A stretch of 64,000 nucleotides of DNA from Nemertoderma westbladi (Eukaryota; Animalia; Xenacoelomorpha). Under the pieces are notes generated by a model, which saw only the letters and a program-made list of their open reading frames with translations, was not told the DNA's origin and searched no databases. The translations under genes were made by a program, and so were the position numbers. The stretch is from contig JAUCBJ010007408.1 in assembly GCA_032718475.1 (NCBI GenBank), positions 1 to 64,000 on the forward strand. Direction: 5' to 3'. Below, in pieces: positions 33,702 through 45,609 of this stretch. Position 1 is the first letter of the stretch; each line of letters begins with the position of its first letter.

Positions 33702-36700
33702 AAATTGGTATATTTGATATTTTTATAGGTTTTTTGAGGTTTGTTTTATAGTGCCCCCAAGGAAGCGAATGATTTTTATTAACCCAATAAAGTTTATCGT
33801 CAAAGCTACTGAGTGCAAATTTATTTTGCTTTAAGGTATAAATACGATGTAATTTAGATTGAAATCTGTGTATGTTTTTTTTTATTTCTTCATTTGAGTT
33901 ATAGGCTTTTAAATATTCTTCATGTGTAATATTCGTTTCCACAACAGCTCTTGTAATACCTTTTGCTCTACGAATATTTTTGTTATTCCATTCCAAAATT
34001 GAATATAATTTTGGTCTTAAAAATACTGCTTGTTTAATTTCACGTGAGGCTAGTTCGTCTTTACAGTAATAGAGTCTGGATTTATTTTTATCGCTGTAGA
34101 GAGGGTGATCCTTAGGGTAATTGGAAGTATCTAAAATATTATTTTTAATTAATGCTTTTAAAAAATTATTCTGCGATGTATTATAATAACAACCTATCAA
34201 AGAGTCAGTGTCTGATGCAGCAATTTCAATACGGCAGTTTAATTCTTTCTCAATAGGTAGCAATTTATTGTAAAACAGCTCATACATATCCAATTTAGCC
34301 AAGTCCAACACAGCGCTACCAATAAATATAGGCTTATCGAGAGTTACAGAGTCTTTCACTAATAAATGTCCCGATAATGTATTATTGTATATTATAAATT
34401 GTTCATGATTAATACGATTTACCAATTGATCGCATTTATCGTTGCTATTTGCGATACGAAAGTTACATCGATCTCTTATCTTTTCTATTGTTTTACCAAA
34501 CAGAGAATTATTGAGCAATTTCGCGACAGCAGTTTCAATGTAACTTTTTGCTAGGCGCCTTTGATTAATATTAAAATCTATGTAATTTTTAAATACAAAT
34601 TCTTGTTGAAAAGAATATAATTTATGGAGCTTAGTAACAATTAATCCATGTTTTATATAAAATTTTAACAGTTTCAAATGTAAATGATAAAACTCTTTAT
34701 CAAATTGCGTCAGCAAGAGTTTTGGTGTAGACATCCTATATTTACGGGAGGTACCTCTTTGTATCGATAAATTATTAAATTGTTCCCGCATATAAGGCGA
34801 AAGCATTGTTTCATTTATACTTAAATGCTCAGGGGCTAACGGTAATTGTAATGTTTGATCGTGAATAGCCTTGGGATAATTTAAATCACATATTAAAAAA
34901 TATCCAGTAGATCCATCAATGTCTAAATTTACCAAGTACTCGATTAGTTTTTCTGGAATTGCATTCTCTAAGTGTTTAATACTTACTTCTTTGAATTGCG
35001 AGGTGGGTAGTTTTTTACTTAAATTCCCAGAATATAAAGAGTTGAAATCAATATTAAAAATATGGCATTCTTCCTTAGTAGAATCATATGTGCTTGTTCC
35101 GGGTATATTTGATTCTATATAATGCTTTCGACAAAATGAAACACCACCCCTAATTGATTTTTCAAAATCTCTATATGTCTGATAATCCTTTATTAATTCT
35201 ATTTTACATTTATTATATTTTAGTGCACAATCATAGGTAAATGACGCAATACTACAGTAAAAAACCACTTCTAAATCGTAATTTTGTTTACAAATATTCC
35301 TAAAATTCTCAAATATATCAGCAAGCAAACAAACATCGAGTTTTAAATAGGCTAAAAGATAATCTTTGAGATTCACACAGTCAAATTCTACCCATGATAA
35401 TTCTGCAAACCTATAATCTTCAATTGCGCATGTTTTTTGTGTTAAGTTACTAAAAAAATTATTTATAGACGGCAAACCAGTATCATTAAATTTATTAATA
35501 TCTGTCAAGTACTCGTATGGAAATACACCTTTCCGTTTAATTGTTGAGTTATTCAAGTTTGGATAAAAATATTTCATTTCTTGTAGAGTAATAGGTAAAA
35601 TTGAGCTTATATCATGACTCGCTACATCCTTTGTTGAACACTCAACTAAATTAGTTAAAGAAAAGCTTAAAAATTGATATGTGTCCAAGAAACGTAACTC
35701 AATTTTTTTTAGAAGTGTTTTTAATTGGGATAAATGCACTCATTGAAATATATCGTTCTGTATTTCTCGGTATAACCTTTATATCCCAATCTGTGTATTT
35801 CTTATCTCTAAATCCGGTTTGTAATAAATATACAATGTATATCGTAGTTGTTGGAATTATGCCCGCAAAGTACATACAGGTATCGTTTCAATGATAAACT
35901 TCGGTTACAGCTATTACATGCTGCTGCAATATATTTACCTGTGATATGTGAATGATGTCTGTTTTTCCCCACATTATTATTTAAAGTAACATTACAATAG
36001 AAACAGAATTTTGCTTGTTGAAAATTTACAAAATCAATATTAGTAAATGACATAGTTTTATGTGTATATATGTCTGACCAACAACATAATTCAGTTAAAT
36101 CAGTATATAATGAATCTAAGAAATCTTGAATACAATTATTATTATTTGATTTTACGAATGTTTTCAAATGACATTTTGGTGGGTCAATTAATTCAGTATT
36201 GGGAACAATTAAATAACTCACAGCACACGGTATATGTTCCTGTATAAATTGATTGTTAACTGAAGGTTGTAAGATACATTCTATATCAAAGTAGGTGACA
36301 AACAATGGGGATAAGGTTCTATCTAAATTTGTAAAACTAATGTGTGTTCTTTTTTTTTTATTAGGTAGTTTCTCGCGTTGACTTCTTCCTTGGTAGCAGA
36401 CGAGACGGTGTCGATGAAGAACTTCCGCTCGAAAAAAATGAGTCAAACACCTTTCACAAAATTGCCTACCTCGAGTATGAAGAGCTCTCGTATTCAGCAA
36501 TCGATTCAAGTTAGTTATGCAAACATAATGATTCTGTTTAGGTACATTGTTATTTTTTACTACAAGTAATATATTTAATAACTGTTTATCAGGTGTAATT
36601 TTACTAAACGGCGGTTGTCTTAATATAGATACAGGGGAGTGTTTGTTATCATTATTCCAACATAGTAAATTAATTATATATTTTGAATTTTGTTTTTCAA

Positions 36701-37715
36701 AAAGTTTAATCGCTAACAGCCACTCTGTTGGATAATCTTTGTTCCCATTGTCAAAAATGAAATGACTCATATAATTTTTGTACGATGAAGTACGGTTTTT
36801 GTGATCTTTCACTTTGCTACCAAATTTTGCGGATATAATTGCCCATTTAAAACAGTCATTATCAGCCGATTGTACATTTATAACACATCGTTTACCTGAT
36901 AGAGCCTTAGGTAATTCCATATATCCATGCCCCTTATATAGTAACGACCTACACTTAGATTCAGCTAATTTAATTTCAACCCTTAATAAAGATTTAATAC
37001 GCCACCCGGAACCACGTGTGTTAAAGATGGCTATTTTTTGTAATATATTTCCCGTCACATACTCAAACCATGTGTCAAAACTTTCTGATGAATCTACAGT
37101 ATTAATAGCACCACCGGAAGAATTAAAATAAAAGGTTTCCAATTGCTCACCTTGTGAAAAATGTGATCTGTACATTAATACATTTAGACCTAACCACAGT
37201 CTAAGAACATTCATTTCTTTCAATCTATCTAATATTAACTGAAGAATATTACCTCGAATTTGCGTTAATGCTGTTTCTACATCGGGATAATCTCTAGAAG
37301 TTGGGAGGTCGTGGACATAAATTTCAAGACGATTATCGTGAGCTTCTTGTTCCCGCGTAAAAATTGTTGTGCATGTACCAAGAGCCACCCTTAAGTTTTT
37401 TCTGGATATTATATTTTTATGTTGCGAAAATTTACGCTTTCTTGTGTAGTAACATTTCAAGTGACAGTCGTGTCGTATATAATTCTCATATGTATACTCT
37501 TTATTACAGGTAGAACAAGTCAATTGATAGGTGCGGAACTCCATTTCTTTACAACCAGTAGTTGTAAAATGTCGTTTACAAATTTCGCTGCATGAAGTCA
37601 CGACATGACACTTTAAACAAGAATAACCTTCAAAATGTGTCCGTAGGTGGCGTAAATAATTATGTCTAGTTATATTCATATGACAGAATGAACAACATAT
37701 TGTTATTTTATCCAT
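33649..37715 (-). pseudogene. Protein-primed family B DNA polymerase (pPolB), two +1 frameshifts near 35700-35830
   Basis: N-terminal C2H2 fingers; GSGW; CFKWAI; ExoI YFDIEC; Endonuclease-VII-like CFYC...HHSHITGKY..AAC..CN; HN...YD; RKGVFPYEY; IDFNSLY; KLLNNSLFGK; SDTDS; KG. The bridge LLQTGFRDKKYTDWDIKVIPRNTERYISM lies in a third frame. Confidence 0.93.
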
Positions 37716-37864
37716 GTTGAAGTTTGTTTAGATAAATAATAATAATAATAATAATAATAAAATATCTCCAAAGATTAAAATAAAATGAAATGAAATGAAA
37801 TGATATTGACTATATCTAAACATTTATATGCTAGCGGGTGAAATAATTTTAAATCAATCACCAA

Positions 37865-38953
37865 TCACCAATCGCTTATGGGTATTGGAAACCCCAAAGG
37901 GTTTAACTTATGATCAGGTTTCCATGTAACCTCATCTACTGGAACTCGGTTAACAGCACATTTCTGTTTCTTTGCAGGTGATGCGTTGGTAAATTTACTC
38001 GATGATCTTGGCTTCCGAGGTAATATTTCAGGAAAGACCTGTTGCGGTTGAGAGCAGCTCTCTTCAACATCCGGATTAGGTGATGGGATCTCTACGAACG
38101 CTTTAGGTTTATCCAAAAGGACAAAGCCGTCAACGTGGGCTTCAGTAAGAGAAACGCCATCCAGCGATTCTTTGAGAAAACTAATATGGGCTTTATCATT
38201 CAAGTAATGCAACTCGATAGAATTTCCGCCGGCGCCTACTTCCGTAGAATTATCGGTGTTGGTGATAATAATTTTTTTATTATTGGTTTTAATCATTTTG
38301 AGACGGTCTGATAATTGAATGATATTTTTATCAAAAAGATGCTTGTCTGTTTCAGCGACTTGGTTGTCCCACTCTCGCAGCAAAACAGTTAGTTCCTGTT
38401 TTGACAAATTGAAACCCGTATAATAGTTAAAACCAACACTATCAACGTATCTGAGGCTGATTTTCCATAAGCCAACATAGTTGGTTCCTTTAAAAGCTGT
38501 TACAAATCCAATAAACTCTGGATTTGATAATTCAATGTAGAATTGATCGCTAATAATCTCTAGCGGTGGAGAGAGAAATTGCAATAATTTCCCTCTGTAT
38601 TGAATTAGAACTTCAGTAAAAGCTTTGTTGAGAACTTTACATTTGCCTTGTTTCTGAACGTAAACATCACCCGATGTGGGGTTGATGGAAATATTCAAAT
38701 TTCCCCGCGCAAAACGAGGAGTGGGATATATCCTACCTGGTATAATTGCTGGTCTGGATTGATGTTGGTTGTTGTTGTTGGTTGTTTCTAGAATGTCTAA
38801 CAAATAGCGGGTATCTTGATGGGAAAAACAAATTGAATCGTTGTCCTCCTGAGATTCCACAATAAAATACTTGCTGCGAACGACGGTACAAGTATATTTA
38901 TTGTAAGTAAATTTCCAGCTATTTGTTGCTCCGGTTTTTTGCGTTAAGGCCAT
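37865..38953 (-). CDS. Polinton protein with possible PC4-like ssDNA-binding segment
   Basis: 362-aa ORF; VTAFKGTNYVGLWK...GFNLSKQELTVL resembles the PC4 V..F.G..YV.IR...GI.L...EW..L pattern. Confidence 0.5.
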   Translation of the reverse strand: MALTQKTGATNSWKFTYNKYTCTVVRSKYFIVESQEDNDSICFSHQDTRYLLDILETTNNNNQHQSRPAIIPGRIYPTPRFARGNLNISINPTSGDVYVQKQGKCKVLNKAFTEVLIQYRGKLLQFLSPPLEIISDQFYIELSNPEFIGFVTAFKGTNYVGLWKISLRYVDSVGFNYYTGFNLSKQELTVLLREWDNQVAETDKHLFDKNIIQLSDRLKMIKTNNKKIIITNTDNSTEVGAGGNSIELHYLNDKAHISFLKESLDGVSLTEAHVDGFVLLDKPKAFVEIPSPNPDVEESCSQPQQVFPEILPRKPRSSSKFTNASPAKKQKCAVNRVPVDEVTWKPDHKLNPLGFPIPISDW

Positions 38954-39888
38954 AATAATAATAATAATAAATACGAAAAATATTACAAGTGATAAATTTT
39001 AAACCGTATCGCTGTAATAAATTGACACCATAGTTCTCACTCTAAAATTGTGATGTAAAACAATAGAGAAGATAAGGGATCGCTTTTCTCATTGCTATTA
39101 GTAATACAGCGACCTCGTATCTTCTCTATTGTTTTACAACTCCAAGGTCGGAATCAGTATCATTTTATGTGGTGTCGTTTTCCGACCATCGAATATACAA
39201 CGAATAAGATAATGTAGAAATTATTAAGGAAATAACACAATTTCAGAGTGAGAACAAAAGTATCAATATATTACCATGAAGATTACTACAAGTGATGAAT
39301 TTTATTAAAAACATTCAGTTTATATAAATTTGCGATGTGGCACGTAGTCAACGAAGAAGATGTGGGACGTGTCATAATCATTGACGAATAAGAAAAGAGA
39401 TGTGATGCAACGTGGATGAATGGTTGGTTGCTTGCATGGATAGGAAATACGTGAAAGAATATGAATCATAGGGTTGTGTGTAATAATCAATAATTATTAT
39501 AATAAAAACGCACAGTATAATGTTAGCAGTGGTAGCCTTTCAATATGGCACAGATGCTGTGGGATTGGTTAGGTTGAGTAACTATGGAAATGTTCGTATA
39601 CGTGTAGCCGGAACGTGGCGGAATTTCAACACGTATCATAGTGGTGGACTGGTGACGGCTGTCGAAGAGTAGCACTAACTAACGGTGGGTTAAATCGTTG
39701 AGTTGGCAATCGATATAATATATGCGTGTAGTTGGTGGCCACGTCGCCATCATATACAGTATACAGCGGTGGTGGTGGTGGTGATGATGCGGTGAAAAGG
39801 TGAATAACATTAGGGTTAGTTAGTCAGTAGTCGAGTTAGGCTACGCTACGCTACGATTGGTTGATGGCAACTGCCGATCGATGGATGG

Positions 39889-40016
39889 TGGTGACAGATG
39901 TGGCCCGCGTCGCAATTTAGCACCAGAATTTGGCATTTTTTAATTGCCTCCGAACGAAATGTGCATAGCCCAGGCTTAGGGAGGACTTCAGCGAGGGCCA
40001 TGCTTTATCTACTACT
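39889..40016 (-). repeat. Polinton right TIR (core)
   Basis: Inverted copy of 20337-20464. Confidence 0.93.
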
Positions 40017-40244
40017 TAAATGGCAGATTCCCATGTATAAAAGGCAGACCTCCAGTCCTGCCATGTATAAAAGGCAGACCCCCATGTATAAAAGGCAGAC
40101 CCCCCCAATGTATAAAAGGCTATCGCTAATTTCAACTTCCAGCCAAATACATCGAAAAACTAACCTTAAATAATCGTCTCCAGCAAAAATAAGTGATGTG
40201 AGTGAGTGTGTGTGTGACTGAAATGAAAACTCAAAACATTTAAT

Positions 40245-42915
40245 ATTGTATCCAGAGGCAGTATATCGATGACCTCCAGCAACTCGTCGTACTGAGTCAT
40301 TGTGGATACGTATCCCTCTTTGGACATTATCAAAGGGTTGACGGGCCAAAATCCTAGATATAGTCTCATTGGGAAACGCCGTCTTTGCGCTGACACGTGC
40401 TCGTCCGCTAAATCTTCACAATGGTCAAATAGCTGTTGCATAATCCTTACCGACATGTGCTCGTAAGGAACATCCCAAAGTTGGCACTCCAACGCTCTAT
40501 GTCCCTTGACATTGCAGTAGGTGCACTGCACAACAAAACGCCAGCAAGTGTAGAAAGTATGGGATCTTTGATCTCCGCACCGGTTGCAAACTAAGTCTGG
40601 CAAAGATATGTGTTTGGCCCCACATTCCTTAGCATGATGTCCTGTAGCTCCAAATCATCAACATACGGTGTTAGCAGGATACCAAATGCGTTCGTAAATA
40701 AGGTCGCCAATAGGGCGAGCGCTAACGTCCATGTGATAGTCATAATCATCGGGATCAGTTGGTACGTTCGTCTCCACTGGTTTTACACAGACCATGGCGT
40801 CGCTCCTTTCGAGTTGACAAATCTCGGTTCGTGTCTTCCTTGGAAGATTCTCCTCTATTGCGATAACCTGCCACAATGGCTCGTCGATTATCATGGACTC
40901 GGCCGAATCGTCATCGGGATGATGAATGGTAGGCGCGCGCGCCTTCTGTGATTCTTCCGGGTCCATATTCTCCATATTGTGTTCCCCGTCATAGGGTACT
41001 ATAGTTAACATCGATGGTCTGTCGACGAGACTTCCCGCGTGGGTGTGATAAACTTCTCAAAAGACGCTGAATCCCGCATGCGTGAAAGCATCACAGTGGG
41101 CGTCGGTGTTGTAGAAGGGGTGAAGGAATCAACGAAATACATCTGTATGCATCCTCCCTCCTTCATAGACTGTATGTCCCTCTCCGAGACATAACGGGTG
41201 TCGCTTTAGAGACCTGGACACTATATCGGCGATGAAACACATGGTAACTAATGACTCTATAGCCAAGTAGTACTGTACGATTATCCGCGGAGGTGAGGTA
41301 ATTGCCCAGTATACGCATCCTCACCACTTTAACTGCGATTCGAACTCGTTGAACATGCTCGTATCACCTTCTCCATATATATATCCAGTATCCATATATC
41401 CAGTTCCAGTTTCGAGAGTATTATACTCTCTGAAGTATCCTTGCTCTATCTCCCAGAGCAACAGTGGTCTAGTGTCCACGTACGGCGTAGGCAATCTGTC
41501 TTCCTCCTCGGGCATCCCGGCGAAATCGCTGATGAGATCGTCCCGCACGCTGGATCCGATCTTCACGATGCTCCTGTCTAATATGACATTGCATACCGCC
41601 TTTGGCAACATCCTAGCCTCTATATTACAGGCTACATCCATAGACTTGATTGTCCCCTTTATCATTGCGTGTCATCGAGTTGTTTCTTCCAGCATCGGCA
41701 TCTTGCGATCACTATACTGTCGGCTGAAGATGTGTAGCACCCCATCCGGTGCTCGAATCTGAATGGTTTTCGAGGTGAGGCTCTGTTGGTGGCTCCCACC
41801 CTCGTTGTCATAGAACATATATCCATTCTCGCACAGAGATTGACTCGTCACATCCCACTCGTTCGTCGAGTAAATCCTCCAAGGGGTGCCAAATCTTTCC
41901 AATGGCCTTCTCATCGTCGAAACTGATGGGTTTCCCCATCCAGTTGGTCGCGATATCGGTACCGGTCTCAAACGTACCGACTCCGATCCATGAATGGATT
42001 GTCCTCATCAGATATCCTCTCAAGACAAAAGGCGCGATATCCACTCACGCTCGATCAACTTCCTTGAAGTCGGTAATATGTGGAGGCACGTTGCGAATGA
42101 TTTTCTGCATTATTACTCTATGCAACTCCACAGCCTCTAACACATCGGCAAACGTTACCGATGGGAGGAAATCCAGGTTTGTTATGATCTCCGGATGTTC
42201 CACTATCGGGATCTCGTATGTTGTATCCGCATGAGTTGGTATGCTGATGGGGAAATTGGATATCCTTGCAACCGGCACTACTGCTTGAGTAGGGTGAGGT
42301 TGAGGTTCTTGCGTCATCTCCACGTGAGGTGTCTGTAGTCTCTGCGGCAAGCGTTGAGCGAAGGTAATGCTATCGAAGAGTTCGGGTGTCATCTCCTTAG
42401 GAATGACGTTGTCTTGCGCATGTATACATCCTCCGCATTTATAATAAAGTTTATATATTGAGAACGCGTCTTTAGTCTCCGGATCTGCTCGTCGAGCACG
42501 TCTATACAGGTGCATCCCGTCGAACTCGTCCCTGACTGCAGGCATGGGCTCACTCGCCGTGGTATAGTGGACGTATCTCCGTATCGGGGTCCTCGCATAT
42601 GTCGCTGGCATCGCACGACGCATCGTAAGGGTAAAGCGCGTTGAATTCCTGGTGCAACTCCTCCACCCTTTTGTTTTAAGCGTCTTGTCTTTGTTGTGTA
42701 AGATTCGGGTCTGCTTGAGACTTTGCAAGCTTAGCTGTACTCCTCACCATACCTCTCGACTCCGAATACATTAAAGTCTTTCGCTCCATGTTGGTTGAAG
42801 GGAGCCTGGTGTTCCTGTTCTTGTGTAAATCCCTGTCTCTGTTCCTTATTGATCCTCTCTGCCATTGTATGCGTATTAATATCGTTACGTTTATCGTTAC
42901 GTTTATCTATACCAT
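40245..42915 (-). pseudogene. Accessory ORF of element 3: DEDDy-like exonuclease + CCHC knuckles, fragmented
   Basis: GYMFYDNEG; TIQIRAPDGVLHIF; LPKAVCNVILDRSIVKIGSSVRDD; YVDTR; LKW*...VQYYLAIE; knuckles CNRCGDQRSHTFYTC and CTYCNVKGHRALEC. Collinear with 7095-9692. Confidence 0.75.
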
Positions 42916-43533
42916 TGCGTCTACTAGAGGTAGCACAAACAGAGGTTAGATGTGAGGAGACTTAGAGATTTCGTCTTCTTTTGGCTCAACTTTGCTCTAA
43001 ACCCCCTACCCATAGCCAAAGATTCAGGGTTCTGTGAGACTTCTCACTGGCTCTTAATCTAAAAACTGTGCCGGTAAAAAAAATTCGGTCAAACTGGCCA
43101 TGAGTCTAAAATACTCACTTTTTAATCGCAAACTACTTCCTAGAATAATAATGCAGTCAAGAATTAGTTAAAAATAGAGTAGACACAACTATTGGAACAA
43201 GGCCATTTATATTTGTCAATAAATATTGGAAGGCTCGCGAGCCTTCCATCCCCCTTCTTGTCCCCCCAATTGTTGGTCCCATCCGACCACATCCTAGAAT
43301 CCGTCCACTGGAGAATCAATTTTCCTAAAAAATTCGAAATCCAAATTGATTATCTAAAAATTTTTAAAATTTGTCTCGCTTGTGGGTTCCAAGTGGAATT
43401 CCATTCCTTTGTACACACAAAACCGCTCCTATGTGATACATAAGGGTACTACCCTCCATGTTCACATATAAAGACAATGGAATTCCACCGCTGTCTTTAA
43501 CCTACAGTGTACAGGAATATGGTAGGCACATCA

Positions 43534-43725
43534 CTACTTACGTGGTTTACGTGGAGATTTATAATCTCCTGTCTCGTTTCGAGTCTCCTCAAGGAGTACG
43601 AGATGTTGTATAGGTCTGTCTACAGTACGTCCGTCAATTGTCTGTACAGTCACAGTCCGTATTACACCACCTGATGTCAGGTGTGTGGTCAAAATGACTC
43701 CAGTCAACCAAAACCGTCTTTTCAA
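43534..43725 (-). pseudogene. BEL integrase C-terminal tail (core missing)
   Basis: FWLTGVI...GGVIRTVTVQT..G....RPIQHLVLLE. Confidence 0.7.
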
Positions 43726-44269
43726 GTTGGGCTGTGCTAAAAAGCCCAGCTAATTTGCAGCAAGCGTCAGTCCATGATTGTGTAAGGTTAACTATCCGGT
43801 CGACGTAAGTGTTAGTGATGTCACTAGGTAAGTAAATATGTATAGTGTGGATACTTGTTTGGACATGGTAGGCCCGTGGGCCTTCCGGTAAGTGTCTCCG
43901 TTTGTGCAATGGGCTTGTCTGGGTCCACAAGTACTTTCTTGGTCTCCAATGTCTTACCTTTATCATCAGAACTCGATGGGTTGACCTGTATTAGTGGTTT
44001 TAACTCTACGGCATTGGCACATTTCGTTGGACTTGTAGGTCTCCTAACGTTAGTCACACGTTTAGTCGTAGGTTGTAAGTCAGGTATTTTCCTTGAGCGT
44101 AGTGTGATACCTGTATTTACATTTGGATGGGCACGACCCATATTTGTAATACCTGTAGTCACACCATTGTCATGTTGACTCAAGCATGTCAAGGTAGGTA
44201 AGTTGGTAATACATTACTGGTCAATACTATGCCGCTCCAATGGGGTAATTGCGGTGTTATAGTATACTT

Positions 44270-44760
44270 CATTACATTCTGGTAGAATGTCTGGTGAATG
44301 GTCTGGTGGACAGTCTGGTGAGACGTCTGGCGAACAGTCTGGTGAGATGTCTGGTCGAACACATCATGGAACATCCAGCGAAATGTTAGTCGTACGTCCA
44401 ATAGAAAGTCTGGTGTAATGTCTGGTAGAATGTCTGGTCTAACATCTGGTTGACAGTCTGGCAAGATGTCTGGTACAAAGTCTGGTTGACAGTTTGGCAA
44501 GTTGTCTGGACGAAATTCTGGTGATAAATCCAGCAAAATGTCTGGTGGAAAATCTGGAGAGATGTCCAGTAGACAATCGGTCAAAAGATCTATAAAACAA
44601 TCTGGCGAAAAGTCTGGAGAGTAATCTGGAGGACAGTCTGGTGAACAATCTGGCGAAATGTCTTGTGAAGTTTCCCACGGAACGTCCGGTGAAAGATTCG
44701 TTGGTACGTCTGGTAGAATGTCTGGTGAGACATCTGGCTTAATGTCTGGTGGGGTGTCCA
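44270..44760. repeat. 12-bp-period minisatellite (TCTGGnnnnnTG-type)
   Basis: Dozens of TCTGG/TCCGG units at 12-bp spacing; reads as Pro-Asp-x-x repeats on the minus strand. Confidence 0.8.
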
Positions 44761-44767
44761 GGATATT

Positions 44768-45400
44768 AGACTTGACTTGACAAGGTCAGAGTTAAATACA
44801 TGATAAATGTAAGTAGATGAACCTCCGCAGTATTTGCAGGTGCAGTCATCGGATAATTCGTGGAATGGTGTTTTAATGTTACATAGTTTCCAATAGTAGC
44901 CGTGAACGGTTGATCATGAAATTAAATGTCGGTTTCTTTGTCCGGCAGTGCGCGAGGTGTTACTTGTGAAAGCTGGCCCATGTATATAGTTTTTGTATTA
45001 AATAAATCATCTTTACTATTCAGAAACATTTTATATTGTTCGAAAACGTCGGAATTGAATAATGACAGGATTTTAACGTTGAGATCTTCGATATACGTTT
45101 TGCATCCGACCATCTTCAATGCAATTTTCAGTAGAAGAGGCGTTTTTAGGAAGTCCCAGGAGTCTTTTAACGAATGTTGTTTTAACTTTATCTATTTCTT
45201 TCAAATTAGAAAGTGTAAAATATGGTGCAATCTCTGGGAAACTAATCATAGGCTCAATTTTCAAATTGAAAATTTTCATTCCAGTTTCAATTTCCTTTTC
45301 CTTATTCTTGTTGATTTGTTTTCTGAAGACTAAGGACGGTTGCATTGTGACCCCGAGATATTCATATTCGTTACAGAATCGTAACGACCTGACCCTGACC
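44768..45400 (-). mobile_element. LINE 3' fragment inserted into element 3
   Basis: YEYLGVT...IFNLKIEPMI...IDKVKTTFVKRLLGLPKN is typical of a post-RT LINE ORF2; (TCAAG)n-like tail at ~44770-44783. Confidence 0.6.
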
Positions 45401-45609
45401 TTGGCACTAGCCTTCGCTTTCGACTTGACCACAGTGTCGGTTTTTATCTCGGCACCTTCCCGGGATGGTGTTTGATGTCGCATCGAATAGCGGCGGCCAT
45501 TCATCCGATCGTCGTTGCAGGAAGTCGGGTCCTCGAAACCAAAAGGACTTGTTGCCTGGTTTGCAAAAGTCTATGGGCATCATTCCCCGTGACGCGATGT
45601 CAGCCAGGT

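Larger units (their letters stand above)
20337..40016. mobile_element. Polinton/Maverick (endogenous adintovirus-like element), 19,680 bp
   Basis: Ends AGTAGTAGATAAAG...CTTTATCTACTACT, ~128-bp near-perfect TIRs plus patchy subterminal inverted blocks. Encodes pPolB, RVE integrase, A32-like ATPase and major and minor capsid proteins. Confidence 0.95.
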
